Shown here piece by piece: positions 51,675 through 64,000 of a stretch of DNA of 64,000 bases. The notes beneath the pieces were generated by a model that did no database searches, had not been told where the DNA came from, and saw only the letters and a program-made list of their open reading frames with translations. Every line of letters begins with the position of its first letter. Position 1 is the stretch's first letter. Location: positions 6,988,716-7,052,715 of the forward strand of contig MU058337.1 in assembly GCA_013265495.1 (NCBI GenBank), read 5' to 3'. The DNA comes from Vicugna vicugna. Its lineage: Eukaryota. The translations under genes were made by a program, and so were the position numbers.

Positions 51675-54111
51675 GTAAGGATGACTTCCGTGCTTCGTGA
51701 TGATAAATAGCAGTCGGAAAAAGTAGAAATAGAAATGCTAAAAGAAATCAAAGTTAAGCCATACTTACATTCTAAAAGATGTAGATGACTCTATGTAGAC
51801 TTACTCTTATAGTTAACCTTATGTGTCCAATTTTCAATGAAAAGTAGTCCCATGTGTAAATAAAATACTTCATTTAACTAGAGTATCCTGACATCCTAAA
51901 ATATTTGTAAAGGAATTACCAACTTAATAGTAAACTTTGTCACTAAAAAGTACATATATTGGATATAAGTGGAGTTTATTCCACTTGTTGGCATGTCTCT
52001 CAGATCCTGGAATTATATTTGGGTCCATTTACACTTAAATGTGAGATTGGAGACCAGGAGATGACCTGGCTCAGATGATCTGGCCAGTAGTGTTGGTGGT
52101 TCAGGTGCACTTGTGTTTTGTCAGGTGGGGCAGGGTTATGGCGGCAGAGGTGGCATGGCATTAGGCAGAAGAGGGAAGGGAAATATATTGTTGGTATGTT
52201 TGGTGTCCATTCATTACTTCGATGTAGTGTTCATTACCTGGGGGGTGCCTAGGTATGGACATTACATGGAATTATTGACTATTAGAAGTCATCTAGGCCA
52301 AGACCTCCTTTCACCCTTCCAAAAACTGAGGTTTACGAAGGTTTAGTTACCTGCTCAGTGTCCCGCAGCTAGAGTGGCCAAAGCATGTTGAGCTACCTGG
52401 TTCGAGTAAGCTATTGAGTGCTGTCCATGCCATTTTTACAGTATTTCTAGTTACAAGTGGTCTTCTGATTGACAAGGTCATTGACAAGTGGTCATTGACA
52501 AGGACTGGTCGGCAGTAGGAGGGGACACCCCACAAGCTCTAACAAGGTTTACTGAGCTGACTCAGCTTCCACTCTGTCTCTTTCTAGCCACCTATATATC
52601 ACAGGTGTGCCCACCAAGATGCAGGACAGTTGTTAAAGAACAGGTTCTGGGAGTCATAGACCTGGATGCTAAGCACCTAATTAACATGGGGACTTTAGAC
52701 ATGTGTCACCTCTCTGGACCCCACATGTCCCATCTGTAGTTGAAGGATGCTGTTGCTACCTGCCCCTATGTTCCTCTCAGGAACAGTGCTAAGACCAAAC
52801 CGATAATGTCCAAGATAATGCTGTGGACACTGTAAATCACCGACACATATAGGAAGTTACCATTTATTACAGCCCCAGTCAAGGAAAGGCCCATTTACCC
52901 AGTCACATGGCTTCAAACAGTATGCCTTTCTGGCTGATAAAAGCTAAGTCAAGTTTGGTCTCTGGAGAGACGCTGTTTTATTTTTTAAATCAAGACTGTG
53001 AAACCTTGGATGAGAAACTCTTTTAATTCTTTGATTGATAATCAGTGACTGCCCAAGATAAGATCTACTTCCTGCTGTGTATGCAACACATTTCCAAGGC
53101 CAGTATTCACCAACTTGGTACTTCTGCCTGCCACAGTTTGAAATTTGGCAGCTCAGGCTGGGTGCAAAAATCACCTATCACCACAGGCTAGACGCCACAC
53201 TTCCCAGTGTCCATTGAGCATCTGTTGAATTTGCTCTTCCTTCATTACTTATGGAATGTAAAGCTCAGCCGTGTGTACATCTTTTCATGCATTCACACCT
53301 CCAAAGCAGTAAATTAAAGCAGAGATTAACTCAGCCACCTTACATAAAAATAGAAGTTTCAGTAGAGATTTTACTAAGGGATGATTTTTTCCAAATATCA
53401 AAATTGTCTCTTTATGTCTTCCAAGATGGTCTCGAACATCATTGGGAAGAAATTTCTGTTTTGGAGGAAATTTTTAGAAAAAGTTTCTGTAGGTGTCCAC
53501 CATGAATAGATTTTCTAAAAAAAGAAAGAAAAGGAGGGGAAAAACCCAAAGGGCAAAAATGAGTTTTGCACTCTGACTTTCACATGCATGATGTTCCACC
53601 TACATCCTTGATCAATCTGAGAGCACAGTCCTCGTTCACTGCAGGCAAGAGTGAAACTTATCTGAAGCCTATGTTTTGGCTTTAAGTGTTATGCAAATAT
53701 TGCTTTTTACTTCCCACAACATAGTTGTAATAGTTAGAACCTAAAAATAATAGTTTCTACCTGAAAATGTGTCAATAAAATTGCCACTCCAGGAAGGCAG
53801 GCCATTTTATTCTGTGATCCCCGAGTCCCCACAGATATGCCCACTTGAAGAAGAAAGGGAGAGGCTTGAGTTCCCAACCGGCACCTGTTTAGTCAAGAAA
53901 TGTTTTCCAGATAGCATTTCCCCCTCATGGTTATGGTAGAATCGTAATGTCTCCTACCTGGAAGGGATAATGGCAAGCATAGCCTGAACCCTTCATTTTT
54001 CAGGTGGGAAAGTGGAGCCCAGAGAGACTTAATGGCCCAGACTCACATGGCTGGTTTCAGTTTGACTCAGAGACAGAGGGCTGTGTTGTCCTACTTCAGA
54101 GTTTTCTAAAT

Positions 54112-54252
54112 GAGCGCTTCTCAAACCCGGTGTACACCGATCACCGGAGGTCTGGTCAGAATGCACGAGGTCTGGGGTGGGGCCCGAGACTCTGCATTCC
54201 TGACAAGCTCCCTGGTGGGGCTGGTGCTGCAGCTCTGCAGGGCACCCATTAG
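54112..54252. mobile_element. MER5A
   Basis: GCTTCTCAAAC...AGGTCTGGGGTGGGGCCCGAGACTCTGCATTCCTGACAAGCTCCC. Confidence 0.75.
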
Positions 54253-55136
54253 TTCGTAGACACCAGATCACGTTTCTCAAAATTGGTTTGACTCCGATGT
54301 ACGTAAGTGATGTAAAAGATCCTGCATCTCCCACAACTCTGACTCTGAATCAATCAAACTTCATGGTGGTAACAATGTAGTATTTCCAGTAAAGGCAAAT
54401 TTGGAAAAATTAGGTGTCATCTGCTTTAGCAGTGGGGGTATGGTTGATGAATAGACCTGCCATGTGTACGTCTTAGGCCAAAAGCAAATCTGCTTCCCTG
54501 TGCCCTGTACAGTTCAGCCATCAACCCACAACAAACCAAAATTGATTGTTAGGAAGTGAAAATAGTGGTAATTTATACCTAGAAAATTAGGATATAGTGA
54601 TTGAAAACCCTGACCTAACTTAGGTCAACACCTGTAATTTCTTAATAACGAATATATATCCCCCACATTTGGGGAGTCTGCAAAAACCAGTGTACATTAG
54701 GAGCCCTGAAAGCTTCCTATCTCATTAGTGTTCTCATTTAAAACTCTAGAAATGTGATATATGTGGGCATGAATACCAAGTATTAGTAATTATTAATAAC
54801 TCAGTGGACATATACTGCATAGCTCTTAGTCATAAAAAATATGAGAGCCTAGGGAATGGCCTACTTGTTGCCTCTGAAGACCAAAGAAAAGACATACTTT
54901 TTGGAAGCAGTTCTCGTTTGACATTCTTTGAAAATCACTGCTGGAGAATGTGTTAAATGAAACAGTCTGCATTGAGTATAAATCCAGCTATAGTCATTAC
55001 AGTGAGCTGTGTTTGTCCACACATCTGATACTGCCCTAAGGGCTTGTGTAGTGAGTGTGTGATGATGGCTTTTTAGATTCTAAGACTTCTGCCAGTGGGA
55101 TGCAGTATCTCATGGCTTTATTCTGATGTCTTCAAG

Positions 55137-55219
55137 GTTGCTCAGAAGGTGCTCAAGAATGCGAAGCAGGCATGCCAACGACTCGGACAGTACAGAATGC
55201 CATTTGCTTGGGCAGCAAG
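55137..55219 (+). CDS. DOCK9: DOCK9 exon ~14 ([27 protein letters not shown])
   Basis: ttcaag|GTT ... AG|gtaagg; 83 nt, carries the DOCK-family YRMPFAW motif. Confidence 0.97.
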
Positions 55220-55805
55220 GTAAGGGGAGCATATTTTGTACCCTTTGTATAAATATAGGTATATAGAAATAGATAGATAGGTAGGTAGGTAGATAGACTG
55301 ACTAACCTATTCTGTATGTTGTCCAGAGACAAAAAGGATTTAAATGTTTTAAACTGAAAAATAAATAAGCTCCATATCTGAAAAATCATTTATGAGAGAC
55401 ACAGAGAGGAGAGCTGCTGGCTGGAGGGTAGCAATGTTGGCACTGGCAGGATGGACAGGACTGTTTGTTGCAGAGCTGGGACTGCAGGTTCCAGGGCCTC
55501 CAGCTGGGAGTAGGGGGCAGCCCAGTGAGGCCTACAGATCATCCTTATTTGTGATCTCTGTTTCTTAAGCATTTGACTATGTATGTTATTTCTGAAGCAC
55601 AAGCCATTTGCTGGAAATGTTTTCTATGTAAATTGAATTAGTTGTGTTCATCCTCATAAATATCTTTCATGTCTTTTAGATAATGAGATTTCTGTTGGTA
55701 GCCAGTGGAATAATAATTAGTCTTCACATGGAAACCAGAGTCAAGTTGTGGATTTATTTTGGTCATTTGGAAACTCAGCTTAGAAATGTTGTTTTGCTAT
55801 TTCAG

Positions 55806-55928
55806 GACGTTGTTTAAGGATGCATCTGGAAACCTTGACAAAAATGCCAGATTTTCTGCTCTCTACAAGCAAGACAGCAATAAACTATCCAATGAGGACA
55901 TGCTCAAGTTACTAGCAGACTTTCGGAA
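55806..55928 (+). CDS. DOCK9: DOCK9 exon ~15 ((R)[40 protein letters not shown])
   Basis: tttcag|G ... AA|gtgagt; 123 nt, phase 2/2. Confidence 0.97.
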
Positions 55929-56491
55929 GTGAGTCTCAAGGTCTTACTTATTTCCACACCTGAAAAACAGAAGTAGTTCAGTGGAAGGGGAGGAAGTCTT
56001 TTCAGTTGCTCAACTCAGACACCATGACGTATTGGATGAATGTGGAACTTCTCCTCAAGAAAGGGTTTAAAATCAGAAGAGTTAACCCCGTTAATTTGAA
56101 TTGTATGAAGGTTGTTTTGGGTGGTGCTGTGAAGGGCACGTTGGGTACAGATGAGCCCAGGGAGGAAAGAGATAATTGAGGAAACTTTGCAAGAAGTGGG
56201 AAGGGACTCAGTGAAGCCACCACGAGTGGGAATAGGAAGAACAGGGGACAGGACGGATTCCAGTCGCATTGGACAGGCGCCGTTACTGGGTCTCGGCTTC
56301 CTGGGTGGGTGTTAGGGTGGAAGGAGAGAGAAGTGGGTGTAATCTCCGATAAGTAACTCCCGGTTTTCTGACTGGCACATGGGGTAGTGCATGACGCCAC
56401 TGACTGAATGGGTGGCGGGGGAAGGGCAGTAACTCATACAGCATGTCCTGTTCACTGGCATTGTTGTGAATGCTTTCCCTGAATTAGCGAG

Positions 56492-56906
56492 GATGTTTGT
56501 TTCCTAGAGCTGCTCTAACAAAGCACCACATACCTGGTGGCTTAGAACAACAGAATGCTGGGGGCTAGAAGCCTGAAACCAGGGTGTTGGCAGGGCCACG
56601 CCCCCTCAAATCTCTAGGGGGAGATCTTGCTCTCCTCTTTCAGCTTCTGGGAGCCCCAGGCTTTCCTTGGCTTTGGCAGTATGACTCCAGTCCCTGCCTC
56701 TGTCTTCACACAGCTGTCTTCCTGTGTATCCCTGTCTAAATTTCCTTCTTATAGGAACACATCATAGTGATTAGGGCCAACCCTAGTGACCTCATCTTAC
56801 CCTGATTATATCTGCAAAAATCCCGTTTCCAAATATGGTCACATTCATAGGTGCTGAAGTTAGGACATCGCCATCATTTGGGGGGAACACAGTTTAACCC
56901 ATAACA
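56492..56906 (-). mobile_element. MLT1B/C-like MaLR solo LTR
   Basis: GTTTCCTAGAGCTGCTCTAACAAAGCACCACA...GGTGTTGGCAGGGCCA...TTTCCAAATATGGTCACATTC...CCCATAACA. Confidence 0.85.
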
Positions 56907-59900
56907 GTGGGACATTGTGTGTCCAACACTGCACAGCTGATCTGGGAATCTGTGCTCTCAAACACTGGGCTGTTCCAGTGCTTTGTCAGGAGTTCACTCC
57001 TGAACCCATAAAACTGATTTCCTTCGCTAGAGACATGAGTTTTAGAATCTTTCTGGGAAAATTCTGAGAATGAGAAAGAGCTAAGGGTATTAAACAATAA
57101 TGAAATGAAATGAGAAGAATGTCCAAGAATCAGCTGGTGACTATTCTGTAGTTTAGGTACCTTCCAGTCTGATTTTTTTATTTGAAAAAATACATTTCAA
57201 AGTAACAGTATTAGTTTGTCTAGAATTCAAAATGGCTATTTGTTTAGTTTTCTTTAACTGCATTTTCACCTTTTTCTTACTTCTCTCTCTTCTGATTTTT
57301 TTCAGAATTCTACATAGAGCCATAATTAACAGCTTTTATAAACCTTTACTTATTGGTGATGGGTCATATATTATTGTACATACTATGTTGTCAAGTAATT
57401 ATAGTTTTTATTTGATTTTCAGGAAACTTTCAGCCTTACTTATAGAATAAAAAGCTGACTTTTTTGTGCAAGTTTCAGTCACCTTTAGTTAAATAGATTA
57501 CAGGTTTCCCATGCAGTTCTCGGTAATCACGGTGTTGGTCTACGTGCCCTCACCTGGGAAGGTGAGTATGTTGCATTAGTAAAGAGGAGAAAGTGTATCG
57601 AGGTGACTTCGTTTTTAAGAAGAAAATATTTGGTAAATTTCTTTTTGTATGTAAATGAAGACGAGGATCGGCGAGTAGCTAGCTAGATGGAAAGAAAATG
57701 GGCGTTAACAAGAGTCATGTGGGGTATACACCAATATTAGTCATAGTTATTGCTCATGGATGGGTTTATGGGTGATTTCTCACTTTCCACTTTGTAGCTT
57801 TCCATGATTTTACGTGAACTTTTTTTTTTAACTAATATTTGCCCATATATTTCTGAAAAAATAGACGATGAAGTTCTTTGTATGTGATGGCGGTTGGGAG
57901 CCCTGTCTCAGAAGTTCCTCCCTAGGCTGGTCAGCACATGCTTCCTCTCCAGTGGTGGCTCTTTGTGGGTAGCCCCAGCTCATGGTCCGGCTTCCTGAGT
58001 GGAGGCTGGAGGGTGGGACTGTACAGGCTCACTAATCAAAAAGTGATCTGAGCAGAAAGCCAGGCAGCCAAAAGCACATGCCTTCACTGGGTCAGGCACA
58101 GGGTGGGCTCTCCCTGCACATTAGACCTTCAGTACGAAGGACTTCGTGAGAACAGTGTGCTGCTGACGGCCTGTGAGAGATTCAGGAACCCGAAAATAGG
58201 GACCCAATGCTGTCAGCATCAGAAGATGCAGCCGCACAAGGAGAGCTGCTGTCCTTTTCAACATGTGTCCAGAGAAATGCCACGTTTCTTTGTGTGCCCT
58301 TCACAGTTGAGTCAGGGAAGTGGAAGATCCCTTTTTCATTTAAAAAATTTTTTTAAAATCTTAGTGTTGCTCTTTTTCTTTCCTCTTTTAAAAATTTTTT
58401 TATAGAGAACCATCTCATGTCAGTGGCTTGGGCACTAGCTTGGATATAAAGCTGTGGTGTATGTTCCTATGATGGTCTCAAAATGTCATTTAACAATAGA
58501 TGAGAAAAATGTTCTTAAGCTGCCCCAGTCTTTAGAAAATAGCTGCCAAAGCTTATAAGCCACTTTGCCCCTCTCCCTTGCAGTAATCACCAGCGGAGAC
58601 ATTCCAAGATTTAGTAAGAAAATAGTTCTGTCAGATAGACAGTGTCGCTAACATAGTGCTCCAAGAAGTGTCTATCTAAGAAGAGAGACTTGGTGTTTTG
58701 CATGCATTTGATTTGCTCATGGTGGTGTCTTTTCTCATTTCTGCAGGGGATCTGAAGGCAAAGTATAAAAATAGCACATTTTCTTTAAAATACAGGCCTT
58801 CTTTTAATGCTACCACATTGGATAGTTTAGGTAACAATAATTATTAGGGTTTTTACATGAGATTTACATATTTGTATTTATTTATATCTTTATATTCTTT
58901 GCACCCAAGCTTGACACTTGTACTTTCGTGTTCTTTTAGTTACACTGCACTCAGGCCAGGGGTCTACTTGCCTTTTGTGAACTCACTGTGTTCTTTCATG
59001 CCACCGTGCCTTGCCTTCTGCCTGCATGTGTCCCTTCTGCTTTTATCTCTCCAAGAGTACCCTACTCATCTTTCAGAGCCTAATCCGTCACTCCCTTCCC
59101 TGCTGGGAGACCTGGGGCAGGTCACTTGGCTTCTCTGCTTAATTGTCCTCTTCCTTTTAAGGAAAATTAATAATAGCCCTGCCTCCTAGAGTTACAACAG
59201 GGAATAAGAGAGAATGCCTGTCAGGATGATTTCTCTCAACCATGTGTATAGATATATTTAAGTGACAGCAAAGCTTTTAGAGAATATTTCCTTTTATAAA
59301 ATGTAGTTAGAGGAGTAGACTCACACCAACAGCAGACCCACACATGTTTATATTACCAGTTAATCACTTTAGTGGGTCAGTACAGGAACTGGGGAAGGAA
59401 GGACCAGGCCCCAGAAACAGAGGTGAGAACACAGAATCTGTTGGCATGGGATGACTGCTAGTTTGTGATAGCATTGCCCTTTCCTCTGGAGGGTTGTTGA
59501 ACCAGCAGGAATGTATGGGCAGTGGGAAAAGAAAATCTTTCCTTTTTCCAAGAGCGGGAGTTTGAGCCTCACTCTTAAGCTCACACACAGACAGAAACAG
59601 TTTACAAATGCCAAACACTTACATGAATCTCCATTACACGTTCACTTTATCAGTGCAGTTTTAAGGTGGGTTTTCATGCTCAAGTATTATTTTATAAGCT
59701 TTTCATAGAATATAGGTACTGATTTTTCACATTTAAAAAACCCCAAAAACTAATTCCAGACATGAGATAATTCACTTTGTGTGACTCACACACACACATA
59801 CACACCACACACACTCACACCCAACACTTTGGAAATGCATGTAAAGAAGGCTGTAGAATTTTTGTTGTATGTGAGGTTTTGATGTCTAATAAACCAAGTT

Positions 59901-61399
59901 CAATAAAACCCATAAAGTTTTGAAATAGGTTTAAGATTATGTTTTAAAGAGTGAAGTTGGTAGAAACAGCTTCCACAGAGTCTCTGTACTACGGGATATG
60001 GAACTAAGCTCAGATCTGTGCTTGCTTAGAGATGCATGGAAATACCTCTGGAGCATTAGCACCTAGAAGTAAGAACTCTCAGCAGAGGGAGGAAACAAAG
60101 GAAGAAGTAAGTACAGTTAGACACACAAGTCTGTAACACGTAGAAAGAGTCCCAGTGAAGTTTGTTCAGTTAAAATTTGTTGCTTAGAAGTCCACCTCTC
60201 TCAAACTTTTATGTGGATGATGTCAAAGTGATAACCAAAAATAAAAAAAAAAACTTCAGAAGGTACATATTCATTCATAGGTAGAAATAACTAGGGAGGG
60301 GCAAAATGTAGTACTCTTGAGAACTTACATTAAAAGTATCATTTGTATTAAACATAGTATTTTTGACTCAAGGAAGCAGATGCAACTTCATTGGTATCTC
60401 TAAGACTTTGTGGAACACAGAGTTTTATGGTACGTTGCAGAGTTCAGTTGTTCAAATGAAGAGGTAGAGCAAGGCACTATATGTCAAGAAAATTTATACC
60501 TGCATGGAAACCCCCGGATCTGAGGGTCAGTGCCCCCCACCAAGAGCTTTGGGTAAAGCTGAGAGAAGCTCTGACTTTGTATTATTGTGGGAGTACATAG
60601 TGCTTGGGAAGCCATCGACAGCTTCCAAGAAATGACTGTGAAAAGTACAGTCTTCCTGCTAGAAGAGAAGGGTATTGTGTTTGTGAACAGATCACATGAC
60701 AGCACAGGGACAAGGTGTCAGCGTAATGCTGGATGGTACCTGGACATCTTTTGGCCAGAAATCTTTTTTATTGAAGGCAGACTGTGTGAAAGTTTGTTGA
60801 CTTGTTTTTCTGACAGTCATTTCTCTCGGGATTTCAAGGAATTGCTCATTTAAATTCAGATATAAACGGAAGACAAGTGGAAATGGGAGGAACCCTGAGA
60901 GAAAGTGATTCTGCAAGTTGGAGCTGGTGGTGGGCAAAGATGACTGTGCTTAATGCAGGCTGTAGTCACACAGAAGCAAGAATTCAGAGCTGTTAGGGAC
61001 ATCCTGGTTCAGATGAACAGTACCACAAGATATGCTGGCAAGTTACATGTGAGACTGCTTCAGATAACAGTAATGTCTCAGGAATCTTAAAAACAGGAGT
61101 TAGGAATTTTTCAAAAATGGAAACAAAACCAAATGCCAAGTCTGTTGGCCCCTGAGCTGTGATGTTTCTTGCCAGTGTTCTCAAAGATGTTATTAAGCAG
61201 GTGGCTTATGAAGAACAAGGAGGCAGCGTTCTGTTTTCTAGGAATAAGTCACATCATGTCGAACTAGTTATCCTAACCACATTTCTGCTTTTCTCTTTTT
61301 AATGGGGTTGCTAAGCTGGTTCAATAGAGGATTGAAAAGTGTATTCCAGCAGGTCAGGGGAGTATAGCACGTGTGATTGAGTGGACAGCAGTTTGATGC

Positions 61400-62220
61400 T
61401 GGAGTAACCAGATGCCAGGAAGGGGGATGAGTGGCTGGTATCAGTCTGGCGATGGGCCGCTACAGGTCTGAGAAGGACCTTCTTCTTGGCTATATTCTGT
61501 GCAGTATCTTCATCAATGGCTTTTATGAGAATATAAGGTTTTGATGAATGTCTTCATGACATAAAGCTAAGGAATATCTAATGCATTCGATGTAGAATCT
61601 GGATTTAGGAGGCTTTTGATCAACTAGAAATGACTCAATCATAAGGTGAAATTTCATCAAGAGAAAAATCAAATCTTGTCCTGAGTTCTGAGAACATAAT
61701 TGTATCAATACAGGATGGAGCGATGTCGCATGATAGTAAAGCATATGAGAAAAGATTCAGGGATTTTAGGTGATTGTAAACTTAATGTATGTCACGAGAG
61801 TGGTGTGACTATGTAAAAGTAATAGCATTTTGGCTGTATTGATAGAAGGATAGATTGTTCAAAATCAGACAGCTGCTACACCTCACCTGGTCAGACCACA
61901 CTGGGTCTTACCTGTGCAGTTCTGGGTGCCATGATGTGAATGGGGTGTTCTTATAGGAGAGAAATGGCATTGGAGGAAGGAGCAGAAGGACTGAGAAGCA
62001 AGGACTTCAGAAAGGTGCATTTGTAGATAATTGAAAAGTGTTACACAGAGAACCATAACTAGGCCCCTTGGTGAGTGGAAGTTTCGGAGACGCCATGCTG
62101 TGAGGAAGAATAGTCTGGCTATGTTGAAGGATTCCTGGTCACCAGGAGGGGCTGAGGCATGAGCTGTGCTTGTCAGGAATGTCACAGAGGAGATTCCTGT
62201 ACTGGATTGAGTCAGACCAA
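61400..62220 (+). mobile_element. L3/CR1 LINE fragment (degenerate RT C-terminal region)
   Basis: CTGGTCAGACCACACTGG...TGTGCAGTTCTGGGTGCCA (CR1 motif LVRPHLEYCVQFWAP), ATCTTCATCAATG, TACAGGATGG. Confidence 0.7.
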
Positions 62221-62349
62221 ATACAAACACCAAACATCTCATTGAGAACCTTCTTTCTATCCAGCATTTCACTAGACATAGGAGCCTAAGATGGCTTTGG
62301 AATTTTTGTGATTCTGAATGAGCCAAGAATGTAGATTGAGGATGGAGTG

Positions 62350-62692
62350 GTTCAGGGAAACTGTCACTATAACATTTTGCTGATTTTCTTATCTGGACTT
62401 GTGGTGTTCAGCATGGTAGCCGCTAACCAGTGGCATATGGCTGTTGAGTACTTGAAATACAGCAAGTCCTACTGTGGTGAACTGTAACTGTAAAATACGC
62501 ATCTGGTTTCGAAGAACTAGAATGAACTTTTTATACTCATTACATATTGAGACAATATTTTTAACATACTGGATTAAATAAAGTATTTTTTAATACTAAT
62601 TTTACCTGTTTCTTTTTACCTTTTTAATGTGGCTGTTAGAAAGTTTAAAATTATTTTTGTGGCTTGCAATAGAGTTCTCTGGGAGGTACTGC
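62350..62692. mobile_element. MER33/MER3-like hAT element
   Basis: ATGGTAGCCGCTAACCA...TGGCTGTTGAGTACTTGAAAT...TTTTACCTGTTTCTTTTTACCTTTTTAATGTGGCT. Confidence 0.75.
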
Positions 62693-62749
62693 TCTAGAAC
62701 TTAGAGCTAACCTAACTTATGTTTGATTTTTCTCTTCTTTTGTTTGTAG

Positions 62750-62829
62750 ACCTGAGAAGATGGCTAAACTCCCTGTGATTTTGGGCAATCTAGACATTAC
62801 AATTGATAATGTTTCCTCAGACTTACCTA
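62750..62829 (+). CDS. DOCK9: DOCK9 exon ~16 ((K)PEKMAKLPVILGNLDITIDNVSSDLP)
   Basis: ttgtag|A ... A|gtaagt; 80 nt. Confidence 0.97.
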
Positions 62830-62913
62830 GTAAGTGTAAATTTTGTGTAATAAACAGACAAGTTTTTGCTTGGTTTTTACTCCAATTTGTTTGTTTAAAA
62901 AATTTTTTTTTAG

Positions 62914-63101
62914 ATTATGTCAATTCATCATACATTCCCATGAAGCAATTTGAAACCTGTACTAAAACTCCAGTCACGTTTGAGGTAGAGGAATTTGTGC
63001 CCTGCATACCGAAGCACACTCAGCCTTACACCATCTACAACAATCACCTTTATGTTTATCCTAAGTACTTGAAATATGACAGTCAGAAGTCTTTTGCCAA
63101 G
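62914..63101 (+). CDS. DOCK9: DOCK9 exon ~17, start of DHR-1/C2 ((N)YVNSSYIPMKQFE...NHLYVYPKYLKYDSQKSFAK)
   Basis: ttttag|AT ... AAG|gtgagt; 188 nt. Confidence 0.97.
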
Positions 63102-63232
63102 GTGAGTGCAAAGATGGAGGTTTTATTTTTGACATCAAACTCTCTTAGGTTTTGGCTTCCTATGTATTTCAAAAAATATTTACATATTTTAGCTTTTTGT
63201 TTTATTTTCTTTTTATTTAAATATTGCTGCAG

Positions 63233-63298
63233 GCCAGAAATATTGCTATTTGCATTGAATTCAAAGATTCAGATGAGGAAGACTCTCAGCCTCTGAAG
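63233..63298 (+). CDS. DOCK9: DOCK9 exon ~18, DHR-1/C2 (ARNIAICIEFKDSDEEDSQPLK)
   Basis: ctgcag|GCC ... AAG|gtttgt; 66 nt. Confidence 0.97.
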
Positions 63299-63744
63299 GT
63301 TTGTATTTCTTTGTTTGCATTTTTCCATTTAAAAAATGCAGTTGCATGATACTGTACAACTGAAAGGATTTAGCACATTTTAATGGACGCAAACACAAAA
63401 ATATATGGCATCACAGCACATAACCACATATACTGAACCTTATAGAATATGGAATAATTGAGTTCTTGTTCTTAATTGACTATTTCTGTTTCATTGTACT
63501 CTTTAGGGATGGAATTCTCTTATACATGTTCAATTCAGTAAACATATTGGGCACCTACCATGAAAATGTTTATTCTAGTATAGTAATAATAGTAGTAGAT
63601 TATTGGTGATGTATGTTTGTTCGTTTGTTTATTTAATTTTGAGTTAAGTTAGATTTATTTAGAGAGATACACACTGCATAGAGTGCAAGGCAAGAGAAGG
63701 ACAAGGAAAGAGGTGTGGGAATTGGGTGCTCAGGTTTACTGGTG

Positions 63745-63970
63745 GTATTTATTGAGTGCTTATTATACTCCAGCTCTGCTATTAGAGCCTTATAGATATT
63801 AAACTTTTGTTCTCACAGCAGTCATTTGAGTTAGAAACTATTACTATCTGCATTATTTTTAGATGAGGAAATTAATGCACAGAATTTAAATGAATTGCTT
63901 AGGGCCATACATTAGTAGAACTGGTGTTCAAACCCAGGCAGCCTGGCTCCAGAGCCCACATTCTTTACTG
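63745..63970 (-). mobile_element. MIR
   Basis: TATTTATTGAGTGCTTA...AGATGAGGAAATT...TTCAAACCCAGGCAGCCTGGCTCCAGAGCCC. Confidence 0.8.
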
Positions 63971-64000
63971 TACCTATGTGGAAATGACTTCCCAAGAAGG

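Larger units (their letters stand above)
5952..63298 (+). other. DOCK9: DOCK9 gene, internal part (17 coding exons, about exons 2-18); start and 3' part lie outside the window
   Basis: Spliced translation AKPKLIEPLDYENV...DSDEEDSQPLK is colinear with DOCK9/zizimin-1. All introns are GT-AG, phases are compatible, and the exons total 1917 nt with no stop. Confidence 0.98.

Noticed and set aside
58700..58770. Acceptor-like tttctgcag with an upstream TGCATG, as a candidate micro-exon in intron 15
   Set aside because: There is no good donor giving a 3n length, and the DOCK9 frame is complete without it.
79..62326. Remaining 60-150 aa ORFs in the six-frame track
   Set aside because: They have no recognisable homology, many use non-ATG starts, and they overlap repeats or lie antisense to exons. 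This is the expected background for mammalian introns.
62760..63296. 178-aa ORF as an independent gene
   Set aside because: It is DOCK9 exons 16-18 read through two introns. The Met is an internal DOCK9 residue.
1..64000. CRISPR arrays, operons, defence systems, intact ERV or L1 ORFs
   Set aside because: This is eukaryotic intronic DNA. I saw no regularly spaced repeat-spacer arrays and no long retroelement ORFs.

Overview
Mammalian genomic DNA, most likely from a camelid: there are three tRNA-derived SINEs of the camelid Vic-1 type, and I saw no Alu, Bov-A/BovB or PRE-1. The whole window lies inside DOCK9 (zizimin-1, a Cdc42 GEF) on the + strand. I could trace 17 consecutive GT-AG coding exons (about exons 2-18; 1917 nt, 639 codons, frame intact). 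They encode the N-terminal region, the PH domain and the start of DHR-1/C2. The introns hold the usual interspersed repeats (ERV/MaLR solo LTRs, L1, L2, CR1/L3, MIR, hAT MERs, microsatellites), and the rest of the ORF track is noise. I see no new multi-gene system. The best leads are small. (1) A young, intact, sense-oriented U13/SNORD13 retrocopy with a perfect 15-bp TSD. (2) A 25-nt L1 5'-end/YY1 remnant between 15-bp direct repeats. (3) A T-tract-headed segment in intron 9 that looks like both a retro-insertion and a cryptic terminal exon. (4) A stop-free, in-frame 84-nt intron. (5) A duplicated exon-3 splice donor. Repeat family names and comparisons to human DOCK9 come from recall, not from a database search.
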